Positions 18,351 through 26,709 of a DNA stretch of 64,000 nucleotides are shown here, in pieces. A model generated the notes under the pieces. It was not told the origin of the DNA. It saw only the letters and a list, made by a program, of their open reading frames with translations, and made no database searches. Where the stretch lies: the sequence record PV287714.1, one strand, 5' to 3'. The position numbers and the translations under genes are program-made. The stretch's first letter is position 1. Every line of letters begins with the position of its first letter. This DNA is from Escherichia phage HMD-9.

Positions 18351-19331
18351 TTATTTCAGAAGAGTAACCTCAGCAATTTCTTCCCAACCGTTTTTGTCGG
18401 TCATAATAAAGTCAGCAAGATAAAGAGCAGTACGCAGTGAAACATTGCGTAAACGATTAACATTAACTTTCATCCATGATAATGCTTTATAAGTTTCTTC
18501 ACTAGAAAGACCGCGCTTTTGCATCATGTCAGTTGAAAGAATAACATCTTCAACCCTGACCATAATTTCTTCATTAGTGTGAACACCCAAATCCAAATAA
18601 ACTGAGCGGGACACTAATGCTTGTAAGTGTGGAGCAAGTTTAGTACCGCGGTCTAATTCGCGGTCAATGTCAACGTTTGTGATAAAAACAATCGTTCCTT
18701 TAAATTCAAACTCACGGTCAATGCCTTTTTCTTCTAAGTAAGAAGATGCAGTGCTCCAGCAGACTTTACGGGTCTCTCCAGTGTCCAGAGCAGCTTTTAG
18801 AAGATTAAGAATGTCCATATCAGAGAAAACATCCACATCATCAATCAAAAGGACAGAATTCTCTTCACGATTATTCCAAAGCTGTTCATAAAGACCAATA
18901 CCAGAGATTTTACCATTAATGCTTTTATATTCAATGTATCCAATATCATTTGCTTTATTTAAAGCTTTATCTAAAGAATACGTTTTACCAATACCTGCTG
19001 CGCCAGAGATAATTAATGAACGAATATTTCCATTAATAATACCGTTCGTCATCATTCCCATAACATTAAATCTTTTATTAATGCGGGTTTTCATATCTTC
19101 ATATGATTCTTTAACTTCTTCAACTTTTACACCATCATATGAAATATCTGATTTGTAAACCCAAACACCGCGACGTTTACCGTCAATTTCAACAAAAACT
19201 TTACCATCTCCTTGTGCATCTACCGGAGCATTATCTGGGAACCATTCGCCTAAGAGCTCAAAAGTTCCAGAGATTTCTTTACCGAAGTAGATACCCTTAT
19301 TGATAGTTACAGTTTTCATTTTATTCTCCAA
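18351..19331 (-). CDS. AAA+-like P-loop ATPase of unknown function
   Basis: 326 aa; Walker A GAAGIGKT, Walker B VLLIDDVD, sensor-like FITN; own early promoter. Confidence 0.65.
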   Translation of the reverse strand: MENKMKTVTINKGIYFGKEISGTFELLGEWFPDNAPVDAQGDGKVFVEIDGKRRGVWVYKSDISYDGVKVEEVKESYEDMKTRINKRFNVMGMMTNGIINGNIRSLIISGAAGIGKTYSLDKALNKANDIGYIEYKSINGKISGIGLYEQLWNNREENSVLLIDDVDVFSDMDILNLLKAALDTGETRKVCWSTASSYLEEKGIDREFEFKGTIVFITNVDIDRELDRGTKLAPHLQALVSRSVYLDLGVHTNEEIMVRVEDVILSTDMMQKRGLSSEETYKALSWMKVNVNRLRNVSLRTALYLADFIMTDKNGWEEIAEVTLLK

Positions 19332-19356
19332 ATCTGTATCAGTAGTTGATAGTTGT

Positions 19357-19386
19357 ATAGTACCATAAAGCTTTATGCTTGTAAAC
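19357..19386 (-). promoter_or_regulatory. T4-type early promoter (GTTTAC-N18-TACTAT)
   Basis: Reverse complement GTTTACaagcataaagctttatggTACTAT. Confidence 0.6.
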
Positions 19387-19411
19387 CGTTTTGTGAAAAA
19401 ATTTTTGAAAT

Positions 19412-19436
19412 AAAAAAGGGGACCTCTAGGGCCCCC
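19412..19436 (-). terminator. rho-independent terminator
   Basis: GGGGGCCC-taga-GGTCCCC stem followed by U6 on minus strand. Confidence 0.6.
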
Positions 19437-19447
19437 TTTGTGTTGAT

Positions 19448-19933
19448 TTATTCCATTTCTACTATATGCATGTTCTTTTTGCTATCAAAATATATGTTTT
19501 TAACTATTAACTCAGAATTAATTGGCAGTAAAAACTCTCTTTCATAATCTACCATACAAAGGTTATCATAAAGCTTGTTAAGCTTATCATCGTCAATTTG
19601 ACCAGATTCTTCAATTGCGATTAAATTTTCTAAAATGTCAATCATAGCAGTCGAATAGTCGAAAACGTTTGCATTTTTTAACACTACTAAAACATTAGTC
19701 ATATAGCGTTCTGCCGCAAACGTTTCAGCTATATGAGACTCACTGCTAAAGGAAGTTATTCTTTTAAATTTGATTCTCCTATTAACTTCAAACTTATAAG
19801 ATAGCACTTCCTCTATTGTAAGTCCTCTAAAAAGTGTGTCTTTAATCTCAAGTTTGTCTTTAATGTAATCATTAACACGCTTATGATTAAAATCATTAAT
19901 TTTGTTGCCAAGGCATTGCATTAAAATATGCAT
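19448..19933 (-). CDS. hypothetical protein
   Basis: ORF track 161 aa; flanked by its own promoter and terminator. Confidence 0.6.
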   Translation of the reverse strand: MHILMQCLGNKINDFNHKRVNDYIKDKLEIKDTLFRGLTIEEVLSYKFEVNRRIKFKRITSFSSESHIAETFAAERYMTNVLVVLKNANVFDYSTAMIDILENLIAIEESGQIDDDKLNKLYDNLCMVDYEREFLLPINSELIVKNIYFDSKKNMHIVEME

Positions 19934-19979
19934 TGTATTCTCCTCAATTTTTAAAGAGCAATTAATTAACTACACATAT

Positions 19980-20009
19980 ATTATAATATGCTTTGCGGCA
20001 GAAGTAAAC
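19980..20009 (-). promoter_or_regulatory. T4-type early promoter (GTTTAC-N18-TATAAT)
   Basis: Reverse complement GTTTACttctgccgcaaagcataTATAAT. Confidence 0.6.
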
Positions 20010-20030
20010 AACTTTGTGACGTCATTTTAA

Positions 20031-20056
20031 ACAAAAAAGGGAGCCCGAAGGCTCCC
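20031..20056 (-). terminator. rho-independent terminator
   Basis: GGGAGCC-ttcg-GGCUCCC stem plus U6 on minus strand, directly after the stop at 20059. Confidence 0.65.
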
Positions 20057-20058
20057 TA

Positions 20059-21072
20059 TCATTTATAATAACTTCGGTGGTTTTCAAGATAAACCCTCTC
20101 AAGGAAGTCATCCCAGAAACCCATGTCTACTTTTTGCTGCATACCGTTCTTAGAAGCTTCAATGGATGCTGCTTCTACTTGATCGACCACATCTTCCAAA
20201 AACTCTTGAACAGTTTTAAATGGATGTTTACCCAGCTTCACGTCGAGAATAAACGGAGCATCTTGGAGTGGATAAACCAAGTCGCCAGTTTTGTAAATTT
20301 CCAATAGTTGGAGTCCACCACGACAAGCATGACTCAGAGCTTTCCAATCAATGCCTTCGTTAGCTTCAGCTTTACGAGCGCGTTCACCATATTCAGCATC
20401 GAGTTTATTCAAAGACTGCTTAAGCTCAATAAGAGAAAGTGTAGTCTGATATTTACGACCCAACACAGTATAGAACGTTTGCGGGCCTGTTTTCTCATGA
20501 TTATGGAATACCCATTCACAGAATTCGTTTTCTGGAAGACGGTGTTTAATATCTGCAATTTTAGTACGACGTTGTCCTTGTGTTCCATCTTCTCGGTAAT
20601 CAACCCACTGATCGGGGATTTGATTAACTACTTTCAATACATCACGCAATGCGGCCAAACGAGAACCCTTAACACCATATTTAGAAGCTTGCTTGCGGAC
20701 ATATCCTAAATAAGATTTCATGTTAGTTGTATAAAAACGAGAACGATTGTCTTGAATAAACTTCCATACATCAGGCAAATCAGATTTAACTACCAGTTCA
20801 GGTGGAGTGTGGAGCATATCCAATGCTACGGTTTCACCATCTGCTGCTAATTTAAAGAAATACTTAAGACTGTATAGTTCATGGTCAATATCATCTTTAG
20901 TGTTTTTAGATGATGTGTTGTTAGTGTTTTTGCTCATATGCTCTTTAACATTTCCAATAAGAATATCACGAGCAGGAGGAACAAAGATTTCTTTAAAATC
21001 TACATCAGATTCTGGAGTAGAAGTTCCATAAAGATGACTACCAAAATAGCTTTTCATTACTGTTTTCATCAT
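20059..21072 (-). CDS. Pol-beta-superfamily nucleotidyltransferase (NTP_transf_2-like) of unknown substrate
   Basis: 337 aa; N-terminal FGSHLYGTSTPESDVDF fits the hG[GS]x9-13[DE]h[DE]h nucleotidyltransferase signature. Confidence 0.65.
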   Translation of the reverse strand: MMKTVMKSYFGSHLYGTSTPESDVDFKEIFVPPARDILIGNVKEHMSKNTNNTSSKNTKDDIDHELYSLKYFFKLAADGETVALDMLHTPPELVVKSDLPDVWKFIQDNRSRFYTTNMKSYLGYVRKQASKYGVKGSRLAALRDVLKVVNQIPDQWVDYREDGTQGQRRTKIADIKHRLPENEFCEWVFHNHEKTGPQTFYTVLGRKYQTTLSLIELKQSLNKLDAEYGERARKAEANEGIDWKALSHACRGGLQLLEIYKTGDLVYPLQDAPFILDVKLGKHPFKTVQEFLEDVVDQVEAASIEASKNGMQQKVDMGFWDDFLERVYLENHRSYYK

Positions 21073-21452
21073 TCAGCCTTATATTCAATAACAGGACATA
21101 CTTTAGCTTTACGCGCTTTTAAAAATTCGACGATAATAGATTTCTTTGGTTGAATAGGAGGTAAACCTTTATACGCCCTATCAATATTTTCTACATGTAA
21201 AGCATAATCCTTTTTCCATTTATAATCTTTATATTTTTCATGCAGTTGTGCAGGAATAACAAATGAACCGATAATAAGTAAAACAAGCAAAATAGCAAGT
21301 ATAAATGCTGATGGAATAAGAGTCCATAAACTACCAAAAATAAGCCATTTCTGTATGATTTCTGCACAGATGATAGTTAGACCTGCGAGTATAGTACATC
21401 CGAAAAAAGAAACAAAAATGTAGGAATAACAATAGACCAAAAATACGCGCAC
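21069..21452 (-). CDS. membrane protein; probable true N-terminus lies in another frame (ATG 21529), implying a frameshift near A6 tract 21403-21408
   Basis: ORF track 127 aa; the 21529-start ORF (50 aa) continues into this frame; see finding. Confidence 0.45.
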   Translation of the reverse strand: MRVFLVYCYSYIFVSFFGCTILAGLTIICAEIIQKWLIFGSLWTLIPSAFILAILLVLLIIGSFVIPAQLHEKYKDYKWKKDYALHVENIDRAYKGLPPIQPKKSIIVEFLKARKAKVCPVIEYKAE

Positions 21453-21531
21453 AGTGTCTTAGGTCGTTTCCATTCGTCGTTAAACATTTTGAATAATTTA
21501 TAATGCCAAGAGCTTTCATTAATAATCATAA

Positions 21532-22053
21532 TTATCCTTTCATTGAAGGTGTAACAGTTGTTAAATACTTAATCATAGCTTCAGCTTCTGATTTTGATAA
21601 TGAAATTTCTCCATTGTTTTGACGAATAGAAATAAAATCCGGATGACGGTCACCACCAGCTTTTAAAATACACATATAAGTATCAGTTTCATCTTCAATA
21701 TCTGAAATGATTGAAGCAGTTCCGCATGAATGTGGTTTTTGATAAATCAATGCAGCTTTTCTTCCACCGTTTGACTGTTCATAAACTTTTAACACATCAA
21801 ACAAATCACTTCTTTTATCAATAGCTAAGATGTTGTTTTCATCTTCAATGTTAAATCCTTCGGATACTTCATAAAGTGTCACCCATAAATCGCCAATATC
21901 AATGACAGCATTCACCTTTCCATGATTTTCAAGAGCATTACAAATTTTCTTAATTTCATCATAACTCATTTTAATAATATCATCTCCTTGAATAAGGAAG
22001 ATGTCATTTTTAAATTCAACACGAATTAAACCGCTTTCACTTGAAATAAACAT
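21532..22053 (-). CDS. hypothetical protein, paralog of 22060..22617
   Basis: 173 aa; shared C-terminal motif SKSEAEAMIKYLTTVTPSM / TKDEAIALKTYLDSVIPTM. Confidence 0.55.
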   Translation of the reverse strand: MFISSESGLIRVEFKNDIFLIQGDDIIKMSYDEIKKICNALENHGKVNAVIDIGDLWVTLYEVSEGFNIEDENNILAIDKRSDLFDVLKVYEQSNGGRKAALIYQKPHSCGTASIISDIEDETDTYMCILKAGGDRHPDFISIRQNNGEISLSKSEAEAMIKYLTTVTPSMKG

Positions 22054-22059
22054 ATTTCC

Positions 22060-22617
22060 TCACTTTGAAATCATAGTTGGAATGACAGAATCAAGATAAG
22101 TCTTTAGCGCAATAGCTTCGTCTTTGGTAAATGTGACAATATGTGATCGAAAATCGTCAATTTGGCGAATAATTAAGACATCTCCCTCTTCATAACATTT
22201 TGATACATTTAAAAGAGTTTCATCATTCTGATCGCAAGCATTAGTAATAATAGCATTGCAATTTTTGAGCCATTTTAAACTATGTTTTCTTTCATTAGAA
22301 TAATAAAAATATTTAATCTTAGCTATAAAACTATCCCAATGAATAACTGATAAGCACATTGACTCACTTTTAATATTAAATCCTGGGCATGAAGAATAAA
22401 AATGAATTTTGTGCTCATCATTGATGCTTACTATTTTATCAGTATAAGGATATTCAATTTGGGTTAAATGAATGATTTCACTAGGCGTAAAATACAGCAT
22501 ATCGTCTTCTTGCGTCAAACGATACATATTATTTACTTTTTCTATAGCCAATTCACCAAAAAGCGGACTAACTTCTAATACTAATCGTTTCATATTGATT
22601 CTCTTCGACTCACTCAC
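22060..22617 (-). CDS. hypothetical protein, paralog of 21532..22053
   Basis: ORF track 185 aa. Confidence 0.55.
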   Translation of the reverse strand: MSESKRINMKRLVLEVSPLFGELAIEKVNNMYRLTQEDDMLYFTPSEIIHLTQIEYPYTDKIVSINDEHKIHFYSSCPGFNIKSESMCLSVIHWDSFIAKIKYFYYSNERKHSLKWLKNCNAIITNACDQNDETLLNVSKCYEEGDVLIIRQIDDFRSHIVTFTKDEAIALKTYLDSVIPTMISK

Positions 22618-22751
22618 AATTACATACTCCTTTGAATAATATCAATAATGTTGTTCACTAGATTATAAGTAAACATTGGGTGATAATATTGAATCATCAC
22701 ATACACAACAAACAAAATTTTCATTCTCTTCTCCTTGGCAGTTGACAAGAT

Positions 22752-22781
22752 TACTATATCATAACCTTGCCAACTTGTAAA
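22752..22781 (-). promoter_or_regulatory. T4-type early promoter (GTTTAC-N18-TATAGT)
   Basis: Reverse complement GTTTACaagttggcaaggttatgaTATAGT. Confidence 0.5.
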
Positions 22782-22783
22782 CC

Positions 22784-22930
22784 ATTAAATGACGTTTTCA
22801 ATAAAATTCTGAAGCTTTGTGTGAGCATCAACCATGATTTTCATTTCTTCCTTTGCGAAAGCTGTACCTCTTTCACGAGAAGAATACTCATAGTCAGAAA
22901 CTGCATTAGCGTATTCTTCAATTAGCTTCA
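22784..22930 (-). CDS. small hypothetical protein (48 aa, MKLIEEYANAVSDYEYSSRERG...)
   Basis: Manual translation; below ORF-track cutoff. Confidence 0.3.
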
Positions 22931-22947
22931 TTAAAAACATCTGCTTT

Positions 22948-23142
22948 TCAGTTTTCACTATTCCACCTAATCATTTCAAGATATTGAACTAACTTAGCTT
23001 TGGATTTATCCAAATCCTTTTTAGCTGCTTCTATACCATCGTACGAATATCCTTCACAATGCTCAACTGCCAATTGGTATGAATCTATTTCAATATCACG
23101 TGCTAATTTAATGATTTTTTCAAACTGTTCACGTGTTAGCAT
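22948..23142 (-). CDS. hypothetical protein
   Basis: ORF track 64 aa. Confidence 0.45.
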   Translation of the reverse strand: MLTREQFEKIIKLARDIEIDSYQLAVEHCEGYSYDGIEAAKKDLDKSKAKLVQYLEMIRWNSEN

Positions 23143-23144
23143 AC

Positions 23145-23348
23145 TTAAACTCTCGTATTATGATCGATAATTTCATCAAGAAACATATCTAAAGCTTCTA
23201 CAGCATTATCAACTTTAGCTTCAAATTCTTCAATACCTTTATTTGCAATGCCTGACGAAAACCAAGCAAAGTCACTAAGTTCCTCATCTGCTTTGCGAAT
23301 TAAAGCTACCAATTCTTTAATTTTATCTGCTTGTTCTATACTAATCAT
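23145..23348 (-). CDS. hypothetical acidic protein
   Basis: ORF track frame 23145..23384; start at ATG overlapping upstream stop. Confidence 0.45.
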   Translation of the reverse strand: MISIEQADKIKELVALIRKADEELSDFAWFSSGIANKGIEEFEAKVDNAVEALDMFLDEIIDHNTRV

Positions 23349-23581
23349 TATTCCACCACATATGAAAGAGAGAATATTGCACACGCCATATGAATTGCAG
23401 CTTCATCACACATATCATAACGTTTCTTAAGAAGTTCTACAAGTTCTTCACTAGTAACTTCATCCATGTCGACGAAAAAATCACCATTAATGATGACGTA
23501 GATATTTCCTTCTTGATTAAGTGCTTCAATTTTCACGATGTTCTCCTCTTTATCCGATGGTTGTATAGTATCACAGCTCAA
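23348..23581 (-). CDS. hypothetical protein
   Basis: ORF track 77 aa. Confidence 0.45.
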   Translation of the reverse strand: MSCDTIQPSDKEENIVKIEALNQEGNIYVIINGDFFVDMDEVTSEELVELLKKRYDMCDEAAIHMACAIFSLSYVVE

Positions 23582-23617
23582 ATGGAAATGAAAAAAGTCT
23601 CCCGAAGGAGACTAATG

Positions 23618-24004
23618 TTATTCGAGGGAAAGAAGATATTTACTTTGATAAAACATTCCAGTAATATCATCTATCGTGCTTTGAATGGCTGGAGGCATTT
23701 CTTTGTAAATGCTGTTAGATTGGTCTAGTATGCGATCAATCATTTTAATTGTGTCGGTAGGAAGTTTACTGGCATCTGGAATAGAAGGTGTGTATTTTCT
23801 ACCAGAATACCCCAAATATTGCTCACCAAATTTATCAATCAAATCTGGCAACTCAGAGAAAATAAAATCGTATGCTTTGTGTCTAGCATAACTTTTAGTT
23901 TCAAAATGCGCAGAATGAAAATAAGCTTGTGCAGCCATTAATAAACCTAAGTATTCATCTGCCTTTGAAGGTTTTCCACTTTGTGAAAAGTCGCTGAATT
24001 TCAT
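23618..24004 (-). CDS. hypothetical protein
   Basis: 128 aa; ATGA overlap with rI stop. Confidence 0.55.
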   Translation of the reverse strand: MKFSDFSQSGKPSKADEYLGLLMAAQAYFHSAHFETKSYARHKAYDFIFSELPDLIDKFGEQYLGYSGRKYTPSIPDASKLPTDTIKMIDRILDQSNSIYKEMPPAIQSTIDDITGMFYQSKYLLSLE

Positions 24005-24294
24005 TCAATCTCCAATTTAATGTTCATAATTCTAGCGTATGATTGTGCCATCTCCGCGCCTCGTTCTATACATTCAAAATCGGAAGAGCACGGGTCATTT
24101 TTATAGGTCGTTCGCATAAAACTATAGAACTGTTCAGATGATTCTACGCTTTTATTTTCAAAAAGCGTATAAACATGTCTAATACCAGATTCCATAAATT
24201 TATCAAAATGAGGATCGACATTCGCTTCAATCGATGGAGATAAAACAAATGACAATCCTAGCATGGCAAATAGTGCCGTTGCTTTTAAGGCCAT
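24001..24294 (-). CDS. rI: lysis-inhibition regulator RI (antiholin) with signal-anchor
   Basis: 97 aa; MALKATALFAMLGLSFVLSPSIEANVDPHFDKF... matches recalled T4 RI. Confidence 0.88.
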   Translation of the reverse strand: MALKATALFAMLGLSFVLSPSIEANVDPHFDKFMESGIRHVYTLFENKSVESSEQFYSFMRTTYKNDPCSSDFECIERGAEMAQSYARIMNIKLEIE

Positions 24295-24306
24295 AAAGGC
24301 CTCCTA

Positions 24307-24519
24307 TCATTTTTGCCCTGTATTTACTTTATGCCGATGCACGGCCTTAACTTTATCAAGGTATTTTTCAAAATTTCGCAATCTAGTATAGTCTGCCGGA
24401 GATTGGTTGAGTGATACTTCTCGACGCAAAGCTGAAATGATATTTCCAACTTCCCTACGAATTTCATCTAATTGAAGAACAGTAAGATTGCGAAGTTGCT
24501 TTTCAGTTAATTGTAGCAT
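24307..24519 (-). CDS. hypothetical protein
   Basis: ORF track 70 aa. Confidence 0.5.
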
Positions 24520-24561
24520 ATATACCCCTTTAGTTAGATAAACCTATTTATAACTTTTGCA

Positions 24562-25143
24562 CTAACCGAGCTTTTTAGTTAATTCATTCCAATGTTTTCT
24601 GCACAAAGAAACATAAATTTCATCACCAATACAGATTTGATTACCTTCTTTAACTGGTGTTCCATCTTCCATTAATCGAGCTGTCATAATAGCTTTTTTA
24701 CCACAATGACAAACTGCTTTTAGTTCAATAAGTTTATCTGCAATCGCCAAAAGTTCTTTAGAACCTTCAAATAATTTTCCAGCGAAATCAGTCCTTAGCC
24801 CATAAGCCATAACAGGAACATTATATGTATCAACAATTCGGCTTAATTGATGCACCTGTTCAGTTTTTAAAAACTGAGCTTCATCTACAAATACGCAATG
24901 AATATCTTTTTGTGCTTCAGCCCATTTATAGAACTCAAAAATATCCATATCATCCGTAATAATATTCGCTTCCTGTTTAATTCCAATGCGAGAAACGACT
25001 TCACAAACAGAATCGCGAGTATCAATAGCAGGTTTAAGAACTAATACACCCATTCCGCGTTCTTTATAATTATGCGCAGCAGTTAAAAGAGAAGCAGATT
25101 TTCCAGCATTCATTGCTGCATAAGTAAAAATTAAACTCGCCAT
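24562..25143 (-). CDS. tk: thymidine kinase
   Basis: 193 aa; P-loop AAMNAGKSA, zinc-binding CHCGKKA...C; matches recalled T4 Tk. Confidence 0.92.
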   Translation of the reverse strand: MASLIFTYAAMNAGKSASLLTAAHNYKERGMGVLVLKPAIDTRDSVCEVVSRIGIKQEANIITDDMDIFEFYKWAEAQKDIHCVFVDEAQFLKTEQVHQLSRIVDTYNVPVMAYGLRTDFAGKLFEGSKELLAIADKLIELKAVCHCGKKAIMTARLMEDGTPVKEGNQICIGDEIYVSLCRKHWNELTKKLG

Positions 25144-25152
25144 ATCACCTTC

Positions 25153-25338
25153 TTAAAGCGTATTCACATAAGCTATTAATTCGTTTTCTTTCTTATCAAA
25201 CCGGTTAGCAAATTCTTCTTGCTGTTCGGGAGATAGCGGGCCGTATTCATCATAAAAGGTGTTTGCTTCTGTATGCTCATCTAGAAGTTCATGGATAAGC
25301 TCAAACAATTTATCTTTTTGTTCTTTACTCAGACTCAT
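25153..25338 (-). CDS. hypothetical acidic protein
   Basis: ORF track 61 aa. Confidence 0.45.
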   Translation of the reverse strand: MSLSKEQKDKLFELIHELLDEHTEANTFYDEYGPLSPEQQEEFANRFDKKENELIAYVNTL

Positions 25339-25504
25339 ATATTAATTTCCAGGAGTTTTAAAATAATTCGCTTTTGCTTAAATATTTCCATAGTTAAATG
25401 GTCAGTATCTTTTTGACCGATTCCAATAGCAAAACCTTTATTAACAGCGAGTTCAATTAAATTATCAAGCTCACGTAACACTTCATATTGTAACTCAAAA
25501 CTAT

Positions 25505-25711
25505 TCATTTTGGTTTACCTTCTTTAACGAAATCGGGATAAGGATAAAATCCTGAATAAAATCCTTCACCTTTATGATTGATGCATCCTTTATTAGAACA
25601 ATAGCACCAATAGTCGAAATCACAAGCCATTTCATCATTACATAAAGCAAAAACAACCGGCCATTTACACTTTTCACAATGGGCATTTTTAAGAATACTA
25701 GTTTGGCTCAT
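25505..25711 (-). CDS. Cys-rich small protein (putative Zn-binding)
   Basis: ORF track frame 25505..25732; start at MSQTS (ATGA overlap); 9 Cys plus His in 68 aa. Confidence 0.45.
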   Translation of the reverse strand: MSQTSILKNAHCEKCKWPVVFALCNDEMACDFDYWCYCSNKGCINHKGEGFYSGFYPYPDFVKEGKPK

Positions 25712-25920
25712 AACCATGTAACCTTTAAGCAATATTCTTCTACATGTTGTTTACGACCTTTCCTATCAATAAAGGTATATTCAACGAATGTTCCAATATA
25801 GTCTTTATCTACATCATGAGGACTATTAATTGGGCATTTAGTACGGCAAATGCGTTCCCATTGACGAATAATTTCCACTTTGTTTTTAGGATCAAACGGA
25901 TGCGGGTAATGTACTTTCAT
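25708..25920 (-). CDS. hypothetical protein
   Basis: ORF track 70 aa. Confidence 0.45.
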   Translation of the reverse strand: MKVHYPHPFDPKNKVEIIRQWERICRTKCPINSPHDVDKDYIGTFVEYTFIDRKGRKQHVEEYCLKVTWL

Positions 25921-26371
25921 AATCCACCACTATTAAATCAATATCAGGAGTAAACATGTCGATTAATTTAGAAACCTTATCCCAATCACCGCCAGCAATA
26001 CCACAACCTATGCGTGGAATGTAAATTACTGGTTTAAACAAAAGGGTCTCTGCCTGTAGATTTAATTCTATCATGCAGTTTACTAAAGCACCATAATCAA
26101 GATTAGGACCCGGTTCGTATTGTGTATACAGGTTATAGCATATACCAAATCCTGTAGGATTATGTTTAAAAACAATAGACATATCGCCTAATTTATCACG
26201 AGAACCGTACTCGGTAGTGGTTTTATCTATTTCTAAAATTTTAGGATAGGCCCTTGCTAATTGACCCGCTACACCCGAACCCATAGTATGAAAACAGTTG
26301 CACCCGTGCGCAATAATATTACCTTGAAGAAATAGGGCGACAATATCGCCCTTGATATATTTTACAATCAT
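25892..26371 (-). CDS. macro-domain (ADP-ribose binding/hydrolase-like) protein
   Basis: 159 aa; GDIV...AHGCNC...MGSGVAGQL and IPRIGCGIAGGDW resemble macro-domain Gly-rich loops. Confidence 0.6.
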   Translation of the reverse strand: MIVKYIKGDIVALFLQGNIIAHGCNCFHTMGSGVAGQLARAYPKILEIDKTTTEYGSRDKLGDMSIVFKHNPTGFGICYNLYTQYEPGPNLDYGALVNCMIELNLQAETLLFKPVIYIPRIGCGIAGGDWDKVSKLIDMFTPDIDLIVVDYESTLPASV

Positions 26372-26709
26372 CTAGTACTCAATCCTCGATTATAAGAATC
26401 TACCAAACGGTCAACCATTGAATGACAAGCGGCTTTATCTTTCTCCTCCGCAACTGAACATTCTAAGGTATTCCACTTTTTAGCATATCGTTTTAATAAA
26501 GTATCATTCTTGTATCTACTTGATTTATCTCTTTCTCCGTCTTTATATGCATATATTAATTTCTGCGCAAATTCAGCTTGGCATGCTTTATTTTTTCCGC
26601 AATAATCCGCGGCAGTACGGTTTACATACTCTCTAATTTCAGTATATGATGTATCTGCTAACACAGAAAATGAAATTAATCCTATACATAAAACCAAAAT
26701 TTTAGTCAT
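26368..26709 (-). CDS. secreted/periplasmic Cys-containing protein
   Basis: 113 aa; N-terminal signal peptide MTKILVLCIGLISFSVLA. Confidence 0.5.
   Translation of the reverse strand: MTKILVLCIGLISFSVLADTSYTEIREYVNRTAADYCGKNKACQAEFAQKLIYAYKDGERDKSSRYKNDTLLKRYAKKWNTLECSVAEEKDKAACHSMVDRLVDSYNRGLSTR

Noticed and set aside
20308-20709. Plus-strand ORFs inside the minus-strand early region (this 133-aa ORF, also 30574..31068, 31794..32138, 34856..35179, 12020..12397, 597..821)
   Set aside because: They lie antisense to well-supported genes (nucleotidyltransferase, internal proteins, denV), have no RBS or promoter context, and their composition looks like shadow frames
21331-21519. 62-aa ORF from the ORF track
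   Set aside because: It is the third reading frame across the putative frameshift region of the membrane-protein gene and has an implausible composition
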